Below are positions 26,202 through 35,655 of a stretch of DNA of 64,000 nucleotides, one piece after another. This DNA is from an uncultured Candidatus Saccharibacteria bacterium. Its GTDB lineage: Bacteria > Patescibacteriota > Andersenbacteria > UBA10190. The position numbers were made by a program, and so were the translations under genes. The first letter of the stretch is position 1; each line of letters begins with the position of its first letter. The DNA lies in NCBI GenBank assembly GCA_964610055.1, contig CAZSUC010000002.1:18283-82282 (forward strand), given 5' to 3'. The notes under the pieces are model-generated. The model had not been told where the DNA came from. It did no database searches and saw only the letters and a program-made list of their open reading frames with translations.

Positions 26202-27644
26202 TTAGAAGCCTCCGCCGGGAGGACCGCCACCTCCCATGACGCTGCCCATACCGCTCATGCTTCCGCTACCAGAACGTTGGCTGCTTTCGTCGGACTCGCT
26301 GTCACTAAATGATCCTGTAATGTTACTACCACTAATAACGACTTCGTCTCCTTCGCTAAGACCGTCAGTAATTTCAATATTGAGGTCGTCGCTAGCGCCG
26401 ACAGTTACTTCGACTGTGGTAGCAACACCATCGCGCATAACAGTGACACTGGCTTGGTCGTCTTGGTATTGCACGGCATTAGTCGGGATTAAGAGAACGT
26501 CATTTTTTTGAACAGTTATAATGCTGGCGTCAACAGACATGCCTGGTCGAATAGTTTCATCTAATTGGTCAAATGTAATTTCGACATTATAAGTTGTAAC
26601 GCCGCTAGTAGTTGTACTGAGAGTATCGATATTGGAAATCACGCCAGTCGCAGTTTTATCAGATAAGGCGTCAAAAGTAAGAGTGGCGGGTTGGCCGAGC
26701 GCAATACTGGAAATATCAACTTCACTGATAGATACTTGGGCGCGTAAACTGGTCATGTCTACAATAGAGAAGAGTGTACTAGAAGAGCTGGAATCATCGC
26801 TATCGCCGTCAGAGCTGTCGTTTTTACCGACAACACTGCCTTCTACTAAGGACATATTCATAACTGTTCCGGCGACGGGGGCGGTGACAGTTTCGCTAAT
26901 CATGGCTTGGTAGCTGAGTCGAGTAGCAGTCAGACTAGCTTGGGCTGCGGTTAGCGACTGCTGAGAAATTTTAGTTGTAGTGGCGGCTGATTCAGCATTA
27001 AGTTTTGCTTGCGCTAAAGAAGCTTCCGCGGTTTTAAGGCTTTCTTGTCCGGATAGTTTGGCGGTCTTGAGTTCAATTTCAGCGCTTTCAGTTGTACGTT
27101 CAGCGGAGACTGTTTCTAGGTCGGTGTCGGCAGATTCTTGTGTCATGGCAGCGCTAATAACGCCCTTATCGGCATCAATAATACTTTTGTTAACAGCAAT
27201 TTTAGCTTGATCGTAGGCTAATTGACTGGCTTCAAGGTTAGTTTGTTTGATTTGCTCGTTTTTTTGACTTTCAGTTAATGTTTGTTCAGCGGAAGTAACG
27301 GCTTTTTGCGCGGATAGGAGAGAGGCATAAGCTTGCGCTAATTCTTCATCGGTTGATAGTGATTTTAGAGCAACAAGAGTTTGATCAGCGGTAACGGTTT
27401 CGCCATTTTCGACATATATTTTTTCGATCCGACTTGCACCGCTAGTAGTGACATCAGAAGATATTTTAGCGATAACAGAACCGCTGCCGCTAACTGACTC
27501 GACAATTGTGCCGCGCTCGACTGTTGTAGTGCTGGTTGTGACTACCGTTTCAGTGGTGCGGAAAAAGAACCACCAAACTGCTACTCCAGCGAGCAGGAGA
27601 ATAATAGTGATAATGAACCACGGTTGACGATAAGGGATTTTCAT
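26202..27644 (-). CDS. MacA-like periplasmic adaptor
   Basis: N-terminal TM, coiled coil, APVAGTV, EITDGLSEGDEV. Confidence 0.9.
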   Translation of the reverse strand: MKIPYRQPWFIITIILLLAGVAVWWFFFRTTETVVTTSTTTVERGTIVESVSGSGSVIAKISSDVTTSGASRIEKIYVENGETVTADQTLVALKSLSTDEELAQAYASLLSAQKAVTSAEQTLTESQKNEQIKQTNLEASQLAYDQAKIAVNKSIIDADKGVISAAMTQESADTDLETVSAERTTESAEIELKTAKLSGQESLKTAEASLAQAKLNAESAATTTKISQQSLTAAQASLTATRLSYQAMISETVTAPVAGTVMNMSLVEGSVVGKNDSSDGDSDDSSSSSTLFSIVDMTSLRAQVSISEVDISSIALGQPATLTFDALSDKTATGVISNIDTLSTTTSGVTTYNVEITFDQLDETIRPGMSVDASIITVQKNDVLLIPTNAVQYQDDQASVTVMRDGVATTVEVTVGASDDLNIEITDGLSEGDEVVISGSNITGSFSDSESDESSQRSGSGSMSGMGSVMGGGGPPGGGF

Positions 27645-27744
27645 TATGTAACCGATTAATGATCAGAACGTTAGCAAGTAAATAACTGGCACGCATAGGT
27701 GTATAGGGCGAGCCAATTACGGTTTGAAGTGTACGCGAGGGACT

Positions 27745-27761
27745 ATGAAATTTCTATGAAG
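27745..27761 (-). promoter_or_regulatory. putative response-regulator direct-repeat box 4
   Basis: ATGAAATTTCTATGAAG; TACACT 11 nt downstream on the minus strand. Confidence 0.6.
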
Positions 27762-27798
27762 ACATTATACTCTATAGTAACTATTAGATTAATAATGC

Positions 27799-29244
27799 GT
27801 GTTAACGACCAAAGTAAATGAAATAGACTTGGGCGGATCCGATGCACCGGTGAAGTTGTTTTTGATTCACGGATATACCGGGAGTCCAACTGACTTTAAT
27901 CAGTTGCCAGATTTTTTACATGACCAGTATGGAGTTAGGGTGCGTGTACCTTTACTGCCGGGGCATGGTACTGAAGTGAATGATTTAGATAACTATAACT
28001 ACGAGGATTTTATTCAAAAGGTTGAAAAGGAGTTTGCTCAAGAACGTCAAAAAGGAGGAAAAATATTGGTTGGCGGAGTGTCTTTTGGAGCGCTAGTGGC
28101 TTTACGTTTAGCAGCGAAGTATCCGGTTGATGGTGTAGTCAATATTAGTATTCCGTTTAGTTTAAAAATGCCTTTTGGAATGCCCGGCATAAAATGGTTG
28201 CGTCTGATAAAGAAATACTGGAGAAAAAAAGTGAAATCAGATGAAATAGGGCTGCGGCGCGATTCCTTCCATTACGATTATATGCATGTAAATGGTCTGG
28301 GAATTGTAAAGCAAGCTAAGCGTGAGGTGAAAGATAATTTACGTGGAGTTACGTGTCCGATTATAACAATTCATTCAAATCACGATCCGATTGGAAGTGT
28401 GCGAGGAGTGCATAAATTACAGAAGAAAATGGCTAAAGATCATCAGGTTGTGATGTATGATAATCCTAATCACAATATTTTTTTTAGTAATAAGCATACC
28501 GATGCTTACCAAAAGATTGGTGATTTTGTGCAAGACACAATAAAATCACGATCAGTGAAAACAAAGCACAAAGTTGCGGCAATTGTACCAGCTTATAACG
28601 AAGCGGATCGCATTAAGCCAGTATTGGAAACTTTGATTCGGACTGACTTAATTAATGAGGTGATGGTAGTGGATGATGGATCAACGGATAAAACAAGTGA
28701 AATTGCGCGGGCTGTGCCAGGAGTAAAAGTGATTACTAATAAGGAGAATAAGGGGAAGGCAGCCTCTTTGCAGCTGGCAATTGATCAAACGAAAGCAGAC
28801 GTTTTATTTTTTTGTGACGCAGACTTAGAAGAATTAACACCAGAGATCGTAACGGAGATTATAAACCCAGTAGTGTTAGAGCAACGAGATATGTTTATTG
28901 GGGTGCGCAATAATGTTACGCAAAAAGCGTTGACTTTATTTGCGCTGAATTCAGGTGAGAGAGCGTTGCGACGAGAAGTATGGGAAGAGATGCCGGATAT
29001 TTTTAAATATCGTTATCGATTAGAAGTAGGTTTAAACGCGACTGCTCGATGGCGTAAGAATGGTTATGGATGGAAAAAGTTTCCATACTATCAGACATTT
29101 AAAGAACGTAAATATGGGTTTGTCAAAGGCACTATTTTGCGCTGGTGGATGAATTTAGATGTGTTGTATGCGTATGCAGTGGTTGTGGGAAGGCGCGTTT
29201 TGGGGCGACGGGGATTGGTGGCGGAGAAAAAGACTGGCATTTAA
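27799..29244 (+). CDS. alpha/beta-hydrolase (carboxylesterase-like) fused to a GT2 glycosyltransferase
   Basis: HGYTG, LPGHG, GVSFG nucleophile elbow; then IVPAYNE, VDDGSTD, FFCDAD, SGER. Confidence 0.88.
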   Translation: MLTTKVNEIDLGGSDAPVKLFLIHGYTGSPTDFNQLPDFLHDQYGVRVRVPLLPGHGTEVNDLDNYNYEDFIQKVEKEFAQERQKGGKILVGGVSFGALVALRLAAKYPVDGVVNISIPFSLKMPFGMPGIKWLRLIKKYWRKKVKSDEIGLRRDSFHYDYMHVNGLGIVKQAKREVKDNLRGVTCPIITIHSNHDPIGSVRGVHKLQKKMAKDHQVVMYDNPNHNIFFSNKHTDAYQKIGDFVQDTIKSRSVKTKHKVAAIVPAYNEADRIKPVLETLIRTDLINEVMVVDDGSTDKTSEIARAVPGVKVITNKENKGKAASLQLAIDQTKADVLFFCDADLEELTPEIVTEIINPVVLEQRDMFIGVRNNVTQKALTLFALNSGERALRREVWEEMPDIFKYRYRLEVGLNATARWRKNGYGWKKFPYYQTFKERKYGFVKGTILRWWMNLDVLYAYAVVVGRRVLGRRGLVAEKKTGI

Positions 29245-29269
29245 AGAGGGGCTCGTTATAATAGGTATC

Positions 29270-29662
29270 ATGAAAGGATACATAGCAAACTTAGAACAAG
29301 AAACTTTAGAAAATAACGACTATCGTCGCGTATTGTATACGGGACGGTATAGTCAATTAGTAGTCATGAGTTTAGAGCCGGGTCAGGAGATAGGGAACGA
29401 GCAACATGGCCTTGATCAATTTATTCGAATTGAACAAGGAAAAGCGAAGGTTGTTTTAGGCAATGGAGAATTGGAGCAAGAGGTGCAGGATGATTGGGCA
29501 TTTATTATTCCAGCGGGAACTTGGCATAACGTGATCAATACGGGAGAAACTCAATTAAAGTTATACACTGTTTATTCTCCCCCTGAACATCGACATGACG
29601 TGGTGCAACCAACGAAAGCAGATGAAAAGGAAGAACATTTTGACGGTCAGACAACTGAATAA
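29270..29662 (+). CDS. cupin domain protein
   Basis: QLVVMSL.PG.EIG.E.H..DQF, IPAGTWHNV, YSPPEH; start ATG 29270. Confidence 0.92.
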   Translation: MKGYIANLEQETLENNDYRRVLYTGRYSQLVVMSLEPGQEIGNEQHGLDQFIRIEQGKAKVVLGNGELEQEVQDDWAFIIPAGTWHNVINTGETQLKLYTVYSPPEHRHDVVQPTKADEKEEHFDGQTTE

Positions 29663-30061
29663 TCAGTGGTGTCCACAGCGGCAGCCTTTGGGAGTGATAT
29701 AGCCGTCGAAGTATTCGGATCCGTAATGATAAGTTAGTTCAGTGCCAGCGGGGATGTCGGTAATTGCGTAAACGAAAAGACGGCGACCGTCTTGTTCGAC
29801 TTCACAGTTAGGTTGGCATGAGTGATTGAGGTAACGAGCGATGTTTTGACGGTGGCTACCATCAATGGTGCGATGGTCGTCTAAAGCAAATAAATATTTT
29901 CCGCCGGCTTTTTCAGCGGCAGCGTTGGATAAAATTGGTCCATAGTATTCAATAACAAAATCATCTTTTTTGATAGGGCTTTGCGAGAAAAGGCCTAAGC
30001 CGGATAGTCCGCGTTTAACTACGAGCTGGTGTTTGGATGGCCGAGGGTAACGATAAGGCAT
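29663..30061 (-). CDS. SET-domain protein-lysine methyltransferase
   Basis: GLGLF, RYLNHSC.PN, ELTYHY and post-SET CRC. Confidence 0.92.
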   Translation of the reverse strand: MPYRYPRPSKHQLVVKRGLSGLGLFSQSPIKKDDFVIEYYGPILSNAAAEKAGGKYLFALDDHRTIDGSHRQNIARYLNHSCQPNCEVEQDGRRLFVYAITDIPAGTELTYHYGSEYFDGYITPKGCRCGHH

Positions 30062-30095
30062 AGTTTAAGATAGTAAATTAAAGTATGATTATAAT

Positions 30096-30575
30096 ATGAA
30101 AACGGAAAAGAGCCAGGGGTCGATAACTCTGATGGTGTTAGTCATGTTGTTGGTGTTTGGATTAATTTTTGGAACGATAGCGGCTTTGATTAGTCGCCAG
30201 GCCAACCAGATTTCTGATCAGGAGGAAAATGAGCAGGTCGCTGGGTTGGCTGATGCTGGGGTTCAGTATGCATTCTGGTTGCTAAAAATATCCACTCAAG
30301 GAGGCGGTATAACACCGGAAAGTTTGTGTACTAATCCTCCATCTGGGGCAAGTGAGCATATGATTTTAGATGAACAAGGGGTGGAGCTAGGATATTTTGA
30401 TTTAGATTTTGTGTCGTGTAGTGATGAATATGTGCAAGTTAATTCCTGGGGGTTTGATGAGAGTAAGAGTGATATCTGTCAATTGATTGTGGCAGAGTTT
30501 GAGAAAACTCAAGAAGGTTCATTTGTGAGAACAGGCTGGAATGCGAAATCAGGAGTTGACTGTCCGAATAACTAA
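30096..30575 (+). CDS. PilX-like minor pilin / pilus assembly protein
   Basis: QG|S type III signal-like N-terminus, hydrophobic helix, LADAGVQYA; Cys pairs. Confidence 0.65.
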   Translation: MKTEKSQGSITLMVLVMLLVFGLIFGTIAALISRQANQISDQEENEQVAGLADAGVQYAFWLLKISTQGGGITPESLCTNPPSGASEHMILDEQGVELGYFDLDFVSCSDEYVQVNSWGFDESKSDICQLIVAEFEKTQEGSFVRTGWNAKSGVDCPNN

Positions 30576-30578
30576 AAT

Positions 30579-31826
30579 TTATTCGTAGCGTAAGGCTTCG
30601 ATTGGATCTTTACGGGCAGCAGCGCGAGCCGGGTAAATGCCAAAAACTAAGCCGACGAGAGTAGCGGTGCCAACTCCGAGTAAAATGGCGTTAAGTGGGA
30701 AACTGGTTGGCCAATCGAGTCCAAATTGAGTACGAACGACATAAGCCACTAACCAAGAAATGCCAAGAGCAAGAGAAGTGCCTAGAATGCCACCGGAAGC
30801 GGTCAGGATGGTAGCTTCTAAGAGGAATTGGCGCATGATGTCGTTGTTTGTAGCACCAACAGTTTTGCGAAGACCAATTTCACGAGTACGTTCCGTAACT
30901 GAAACCAGCATAATATTCATAATACCGACGCCGGCAACTAACAGTGAAATAGCGGCAATTGAGACTAAGAAAATAGTTAGGATATTTGTGATAGTACTGA
31001 CGCGCGTAGCAATATCAGCTTGAGTCATGACTGAAAAATCGTCTTTAGTGGTATCAGTAATATTATGTTCTTCGCGCAAAGTTAAGCGCACGTCTTGGGC
31101 AACCTGTTCGGCATTAGCATCATCATTGGTTTGAATTAAAACTTCGTTGAAATAATCAATTCCCATGATATCTTTTTGGGCAGTGGAATAGGGAATTAAA
31201 GCAAGTTTATCAACATTTAAAAATGATACTTGGCCAGTTTTAGGAAAAGTACCGACAACTTTTAAACGAGTGTTTTTAATTGTGACAAATTGTCCAATTG
31301 CGTCAATGTTACCGAAAAGATCTTGTTTGACTTGATAACCAAGGACAACTACTTTAGATCGTTGTTTGATGTCGTCTTGAGTGAATAAAAAACCTTGGTC
31401 GGGATATAGATCGAGCATAGTAGCTAAAGCTTCAGCATCGTACCCGATTGTTAGAGGACGGGCGATGGCATCGCGATAGGACATGCTGCCGGAAACAATA
31501 ACTTCAGGAATAATGTTTTGAACGTTCGGTACGTTAGCGGGGCGACTAAGGGCATCAATATCGGAGCTGGTGATGGAGTCGGAGAAAAGAGCGCTAGTAA
31601 AATCGGATGGGCCTTCGGCTTGACGTCCGGGTTCAATCATAACGACATTACCACCAAAGGCGCGAACTTCATTGAGAATCACTTCTCGTGAACTTTGGCC
31701 TAAGGCGACGACTAAGACGATGGCGAGGACACCAATCACAATGCCGAGAATAGTGAGAAGAGAGCGAACTAAATTATCGCGAAGGGCGCGGAAAGAAATT
31801 GTAATTGTGTCGCGCAGCTGAATCAT
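30579..31826 (-). CDS. MacB/FtsX-family ABC permease (second copy)
   Basis: GVGIMNIMLVSVTERTREIGLRK, DPIEALRYE. Confidence 0.95.
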   Translation of the reverse strand: MIQLRDTITISFRALRDNLVRSLLTILGIVIGVLAIVLVVALGQSSREVILNEVRAFGGNVVMIEPGRQAEGPSDFTSALFSDSITSSDIDALSRPANVPNVQNIIPEVIVSGSMSYRDAIARPLTIGYDAEALATMLDLYPDQGFLFTQDDIKQRSKVVVLGYQVKQDLFGNIDAIGQFVTIKNTRLKVVGTFPKTGQVSFLNVDKLALIPYSTAQKDIMGIDYFNEVLIQTNDDANAEQVAQDVRLTLREEHNITDTTKDDFSVMTQADIATRVSTITNILTIFLVSIAAISLLVAGVGIMNIMLVSVTERTREIGLRKTVGATNNDIMRQFLLEATILTASGGILGTSLALGISWLVAYVVRTQFGLDWPTSFPLNAILLGVGTATLVGLVFGIYPARAAARKDPIEALRYE

Positions 31827-32537
31827 TTATTTGTGATAAGTGTTATTAGGATTGAATTTATTAGGAGAATCACTAGCGATACGTCCATCGCGCATTTCAA
31901 TAATGCGTTGAGCGTATTGAGCGGTGGGGGTTTCATGAGTAATTAGAATAATGGTGTGACCTTGCTGGTGAAGACGTGCAATTGTATCCATAACAATAGC
32001 GCCGGTGCGTGAGTCGAGATTTCCCGTTGGTTCATCGGCTAAGATTAGGCGAGGTTCATTAATAAGAGCACGGGCAATGGCCGCTCGTTGCTTTTCGCCA
32101 CCGGAGAGTTGGGTGGGGCGATGATGGAGTCGATGAGACATTTCAACTTGAGCTAGGGCGGCTTGAGCGCGACTAACATATTCGCGTGAACGAACAGAAG
32201 AATATTGCAAAGGTAAAATAACGTTTTCTAAAACGGTTGAATGAGGAAGTAAATGAAATGATTGGAAAACGAAGCCAATGCGTTGGTTACGAATTAGCGC
32301 TAGTTCTTGGTCGGTTAAGGTAGAGGTGTCTTGATTGTCGAACAAGTATTGTCCAGAAGTGGGTCGACTGAGGAGGCCGAGAATTTGAAGAAGAGTGGAT
32401 TTACCGGAGCCACTAGCACCCATGATAGAAACAAATTCACCGGCTTCAATGTGAAAAGTGGCATGGTCAAGAGCGGTAACAGCAGCTTCATCCATGCCGT
32501 AAACCTTGCGCAGGGCAGAGCATTGAATGAGGGGCAT
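31827..32537 (-). CDS. MacB/LolD-type ABC ATP-binding protein
   Basis: [26 protein letters not shown]. Confidence 0.95.
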   Translation of the reverse strand: MPLIQCSALRKVYGMDEAAVTALDHATFHIEAGEFVSIMGASGSGKSTLLQILGLLSRPTSGQYLFDNQDTSTLTDQELALIRNQRIGFVFQSFHLLPHSTVLENVILPLQYSSVRSREYVSRAQAALAQVEMSHRLHHRPTQLSGGEKQRAAIARALINEPRLILADEPTGNLDSRTGAIVMDTIARLHQQGHTIILITHETPTAQYAQRIIEMRDGRIASDSPNKFNPNNTYHK

Positions 32538-32545
32538 AGACTGAA

Positions 32546-33823
32546 TTAAGGAGTGTTAACGTCTGGATCAATTACCAGAGGGTCGTTTTCGTTTAATCCA
32601 CTAGTAACTTCAGCTAAACCATTGGAACCATATAGGCCGATAGTAACTGAGTGAGAAACGGGCACGTTATTTTCTAAGACATAAACGTAAGTACCGGTAT
32701 TATCAGTGTGAATAGCGCGACGGGGGATGGCGAGGGTGTGGGAATGTTCAGCAACATGGACTTCAATGTTAGCGGTAAACCCAGCTTTAAGCTCAGAAGG
32801 TTGATTAGGAAGTTTAAGTTTTACTTCGTAAGTTGGAACTCCTTCGGTAAGAGTGGCTGAAGGAGAAATATAGGTAATTTCTGCAGAATATTCTTGATTA
32901 ATAGGCAGGGCATCAAAAGTAATAGTGGCGGATTGATTAGCTGCTAGGCTAGCAGCATCAGTTTCCGGAACCATGGCACTGATTTCCAGATTGGTTAAAT
33001 CAGCAAAAGTCATGACAGGGACAGTGGCAGTGATAATTTCGCCAATTTCGTTATCAATAGCTGTGACAGTGCCGTCAAAAGGAGCGCGAAGAATACTTTT
33101 AGATAATTTAACTTCAGCGAGAGAACGAGCGGCTGATAAGCTAGATAAACCCGAGGTATTACTAGCAGCTTGAAGAGTGGCTTGGTATTGAGCAGCGGCA
33201 AGATCAACGGCATGAGAAGCAGTTTCATTGGATTGAGAAATTGTTTTTTCGGATTGAGCTAGGGTCTCTTGGGCGGCATGATAGGCGGATTCAGCAGTGA
33301 GAACGGCAGCGTAAGCGGTTTTAGCAGTGCTAGAATATTCGTCGTATTCTCGCAAAATTTGTAAATACAATTCTTTTTGTTGATCAAGAGCCTTTTTGGT
33401 ATCTCGAACTGTCTGACGTTTAGTTTCCAGCGCTTGAGCATTCGTGGTTTTAGTATTATTCCAATCTTCTTCAGCTTGGCGCCAGGCTAACAAAGCTTGT
33501 TCGGTGGTGCTGGCTTGATTGGCATTGGCTTGCGCGAGTTCAAGTTGAGCGGCCTGATCATCGAGGTAAGCCAAGACGGTACCAGCAGTAACAGTTTGTC
33601 CGGCGGCAACTGGTAAAGCGGTGAGGGTGCCACCATACTCGAATCCTAGAGCAACTTCATTGATAGGCTGAAGGCGACCAGTAAAACTAATATCTTGGGT
33701 GACAGTCTCATAGCTAACAAGGCTAGTTTCAATGGTTTGATCGGAAGATTGACCGCGACTCATGAAAAAGACGACAAGACCGATAAGAACGCAGGCACCA
33801 ATAATCCACCAAAGTTTTTTCAT
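32546..33823 (-). CDS. MacA-like periplasmic adaptor
   Basis: N-terminal TM, coiled coil, LRAPFDGTV, EVTSGL. Confidence 0.9.
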   Translation of the reverse strand: MKKLWWIIGACVLIGLVVFFMSRGQSSDQTIETSLVSYETVTQDISFTGRLQPINEVALGFEYGGTLTALPVAAGQTVTAGTVLAYLDDQAAQLELAQANANQASTTEQALLAWRQAEEDWNNTKTTNAQALETKRQTVRDTKKALDQQKELYLQILREYDEYSSTAKTAYAAVLTAESAYHAAQETLAQSEKTISQSNETASHAVDLAAAQYQATLQAASNTSGLSSLSAARSLAEVKLSKSILRAPFDGTVTAIDNEIGEIITATVPVMTFADLTNLEISAMVPETDAASLAANQSATITFDALPINQEYSAEITYISPSATLTEGVPTYEVKLKLPNQPSELKAGFTANIEVHVAEHSHTLAIPRRAIHTDNTGTYVYVLENNVPVSHSVTIGLYGSNGLAEVTSGLNENDPLVIDPDVNTP

Positions 33824-33918
33824 ATGTATAAAGTACCTTAAGAAGGCTGAATTACGCTAGGGTAAGTGAGAGTTATTTTTTTGACTAAATAAATAAAACA
33901 TGTGTTAATAAGAATATT

Positions 33919-34629
33919 ATGAAAATTAGAAAATCAGGGATAATTGGAATCATGATAGTGGTGGTTGTCGGAGTGAGTGTCAGTTTATTGATGAGAGAAA
34001 AAGAAGAGCTGGATTTACAAGAGGAAAGAGGGGTATTACCTGTAGCGTCTTCCTTGGTAAAAGTGGTAGGGCAAACAGTGGTCCCGAGGCCGCAAATTTT
34101 ATTTGTTGGTCCGCGAGAAAATATTCCGGAAGATGCACCGACAGCTTATGGTTTTTGGTCGTTTGCGATACCAGTAACCAATGTCTTATCTCGTTCCGGA
34201 CAGCCCCTAATTGGAGAATTTGAGTGGTTGCGAGAGAATGGCTGGCAAAGTGTAATTGACCTTAGAACGGATGGGGAGCGTGACGAGGTGGGTGATGACG
34301 CGAAAATTTCGGGATTTAATGAATTAGGATTTACGTATAAATATATGCCAATAATTGATGGTCATCCGCCAACGGAAGAACAGGCGATGGAATTTTTACA
34401 ATTTGTCACAAATCCGGTCAATCAGCCGGTGCATATTCATTGTCGAGGGGGGATTGGTAGGACGGGAACATTGGTTGCCTTGTATCGTTACGCTATACAG
34501 AGTTGGCCGATGGAACAGGCAATTGAGGAGTCACGGGCTTTTCAGGGAGGAGTGAGCACGTTGCAAGAACCATGGCTATTGGAATGGGCACAGACGCATG
34601 CGCCAGGTGAATATGGGGCAAGTAAATAA
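33919..34629 (+). CDS. membrane-anchored Cys-based protein tyrosine/dual-specificity phosphatase
   Basis: HCRGGIGRT (CX5R); N-terminal TM. Confidence 0.9.
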   Translation: MKIRKSGIIGIMIVVVVGVSVSLLMREKEELDLQEERGVLPVASSLVKVVGQTVVPRPQILFVGPRENIPEDAPTAYGFWSFAIPVTNVLSRSGQPLIGEFEWLRENGWQSVIDLRTDGERDEVGDDAKISGFNELGFTYKYMPIIDGHPPTEEQAMEFLQFVTNPVNQPVHIHCRGGIGRTGTLVALYRYAIQSWPMEQAIEESRAFQGGVSTLQEPWLLEWAQTHAPGEYGASK

Positions 34630-34639
34630 GGGCGAATAA

Positions 34640-35632
34640 ATGGCTATGGGAAACGTGTGGAGTGAGTTGTCGCGAAAAAAACCTTTTTTGGCATTGGCAC
34701 CAATGTATGACGTAACGGATGTATCTTTTCGAGAAGTGGTAGCCGAAGCAGCAGCACCGGACGTGTTTTTTACAGAATTTGTTAATTGTGAAGCTTTGCA
34801 GTCGGCAAGAGGTCGGGCAGTGCATCTATCGAAATTGAAATTTACTGAGAAGCAAAGGCCGGTTATTGCGCAGATTTGGGGAGTAAATCCGGATTCTTAT
34901 TTTAAAACAGCACAATTGATTCGTGGATTGGGATTAGATGGGATTGATATTAATATGGGGTGTCCAGAGAAGTCGGTTATGAAAATTGGAGCAGGATCAG
35001 CTTTAATTGGCCAATATGGATTAGTGGCAGAAATTTTACAGGCGACCCGTGAAGGGGCACAGGAATTACCAGTTAGTGTGAAGACAAGGATAGGTGTTAA
35101 GACGATAGTTACTGATGATTGGATAGGCTGGTTATTAGAACAAAAATTGCCGGCGTTAACAATTCATGGTCGGACAGCTCGAGAAATGTCGGATGTTCCG
35201 GCTCATTGGGATGAGATTAAGCGGTCAGTGGAGTTACGCAATAAAAAACAAGTAGAAACGTTGATAGTTGGTAACGGAGACGTGCGTAATGCTAAGGAGG
35301 CACAAGTAATAGCACGTGAATTCGAAGTTGATGGTGTTATGATTGGGCGAGGAATATTTCAGGATTTGTATGTGTTTGACCAAATAAAGCGATGGGATGA
35401 GGAGGCCGTGCAAAAGAAAATCCAATGGTTAAAACGTCACATTGTATGTTTTGAGCAATACAGGGATGAATATCGTAATTATGAAGTTATGAAAAAATTT
35501 GTGAAAATATATTTAAATGGGTTTCCGCAAGCAAAAATAATGAGAGAGGAAGCTATGCGAGCTAGCGGATTAAGGGAGTTGAAGGAGATAGTTGATAGGT
35601 TGGAAAAAGAGGTATTGCATTCCAATAGTTAG
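34640..35632 (+). CDS. dus: tRNA-dihydrouridine synthase
   Basis: LAPM, IDINMGCP, SVKTRIG, IHGRT, GNGDV, DGVMIGRG. Confidence 0.94.
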   Translation: MAMGNVWSELSRKKPFLALAPMYDVTDVSFREVVAEAAAPDVFFTEFVNCEALQSARGRAVHLSKLKFTEKQRPVIAQIWGVNPDSYFKTAQLIRGLGLDGIDINMGCPEKSVMKIGAGSALIGQYGLVAEILQATREGAQELPVSVKTRIGVKTIVTDDWIGWLLEQKLPALTIHGRTAREMSDVPAHWDEIKRSVELRNKKQVETLIVGNGDVRNAKEAQVIAREFEVDGVMIGRGIFQDLYVFDQIKRWDEEAVQKKIQWLKRHIVCFEQYRDEYRNYEVMKKFVKIYLNGFPQAKIMREEAMRASGLRELKEIVDRLEKEVLHSNS

Positions 35633-35655
35633 TTTTTCCCTGCTATAGTAGAGCT

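Noticed and set aside
33847-33862. Possible fifth regulator box upstream of the second macA-like gene (CTGAATTACGCTAGGG)
   Set aside because: Only one half-site resembles TGAAG; spacing to the -10 fits but the match is too weak.
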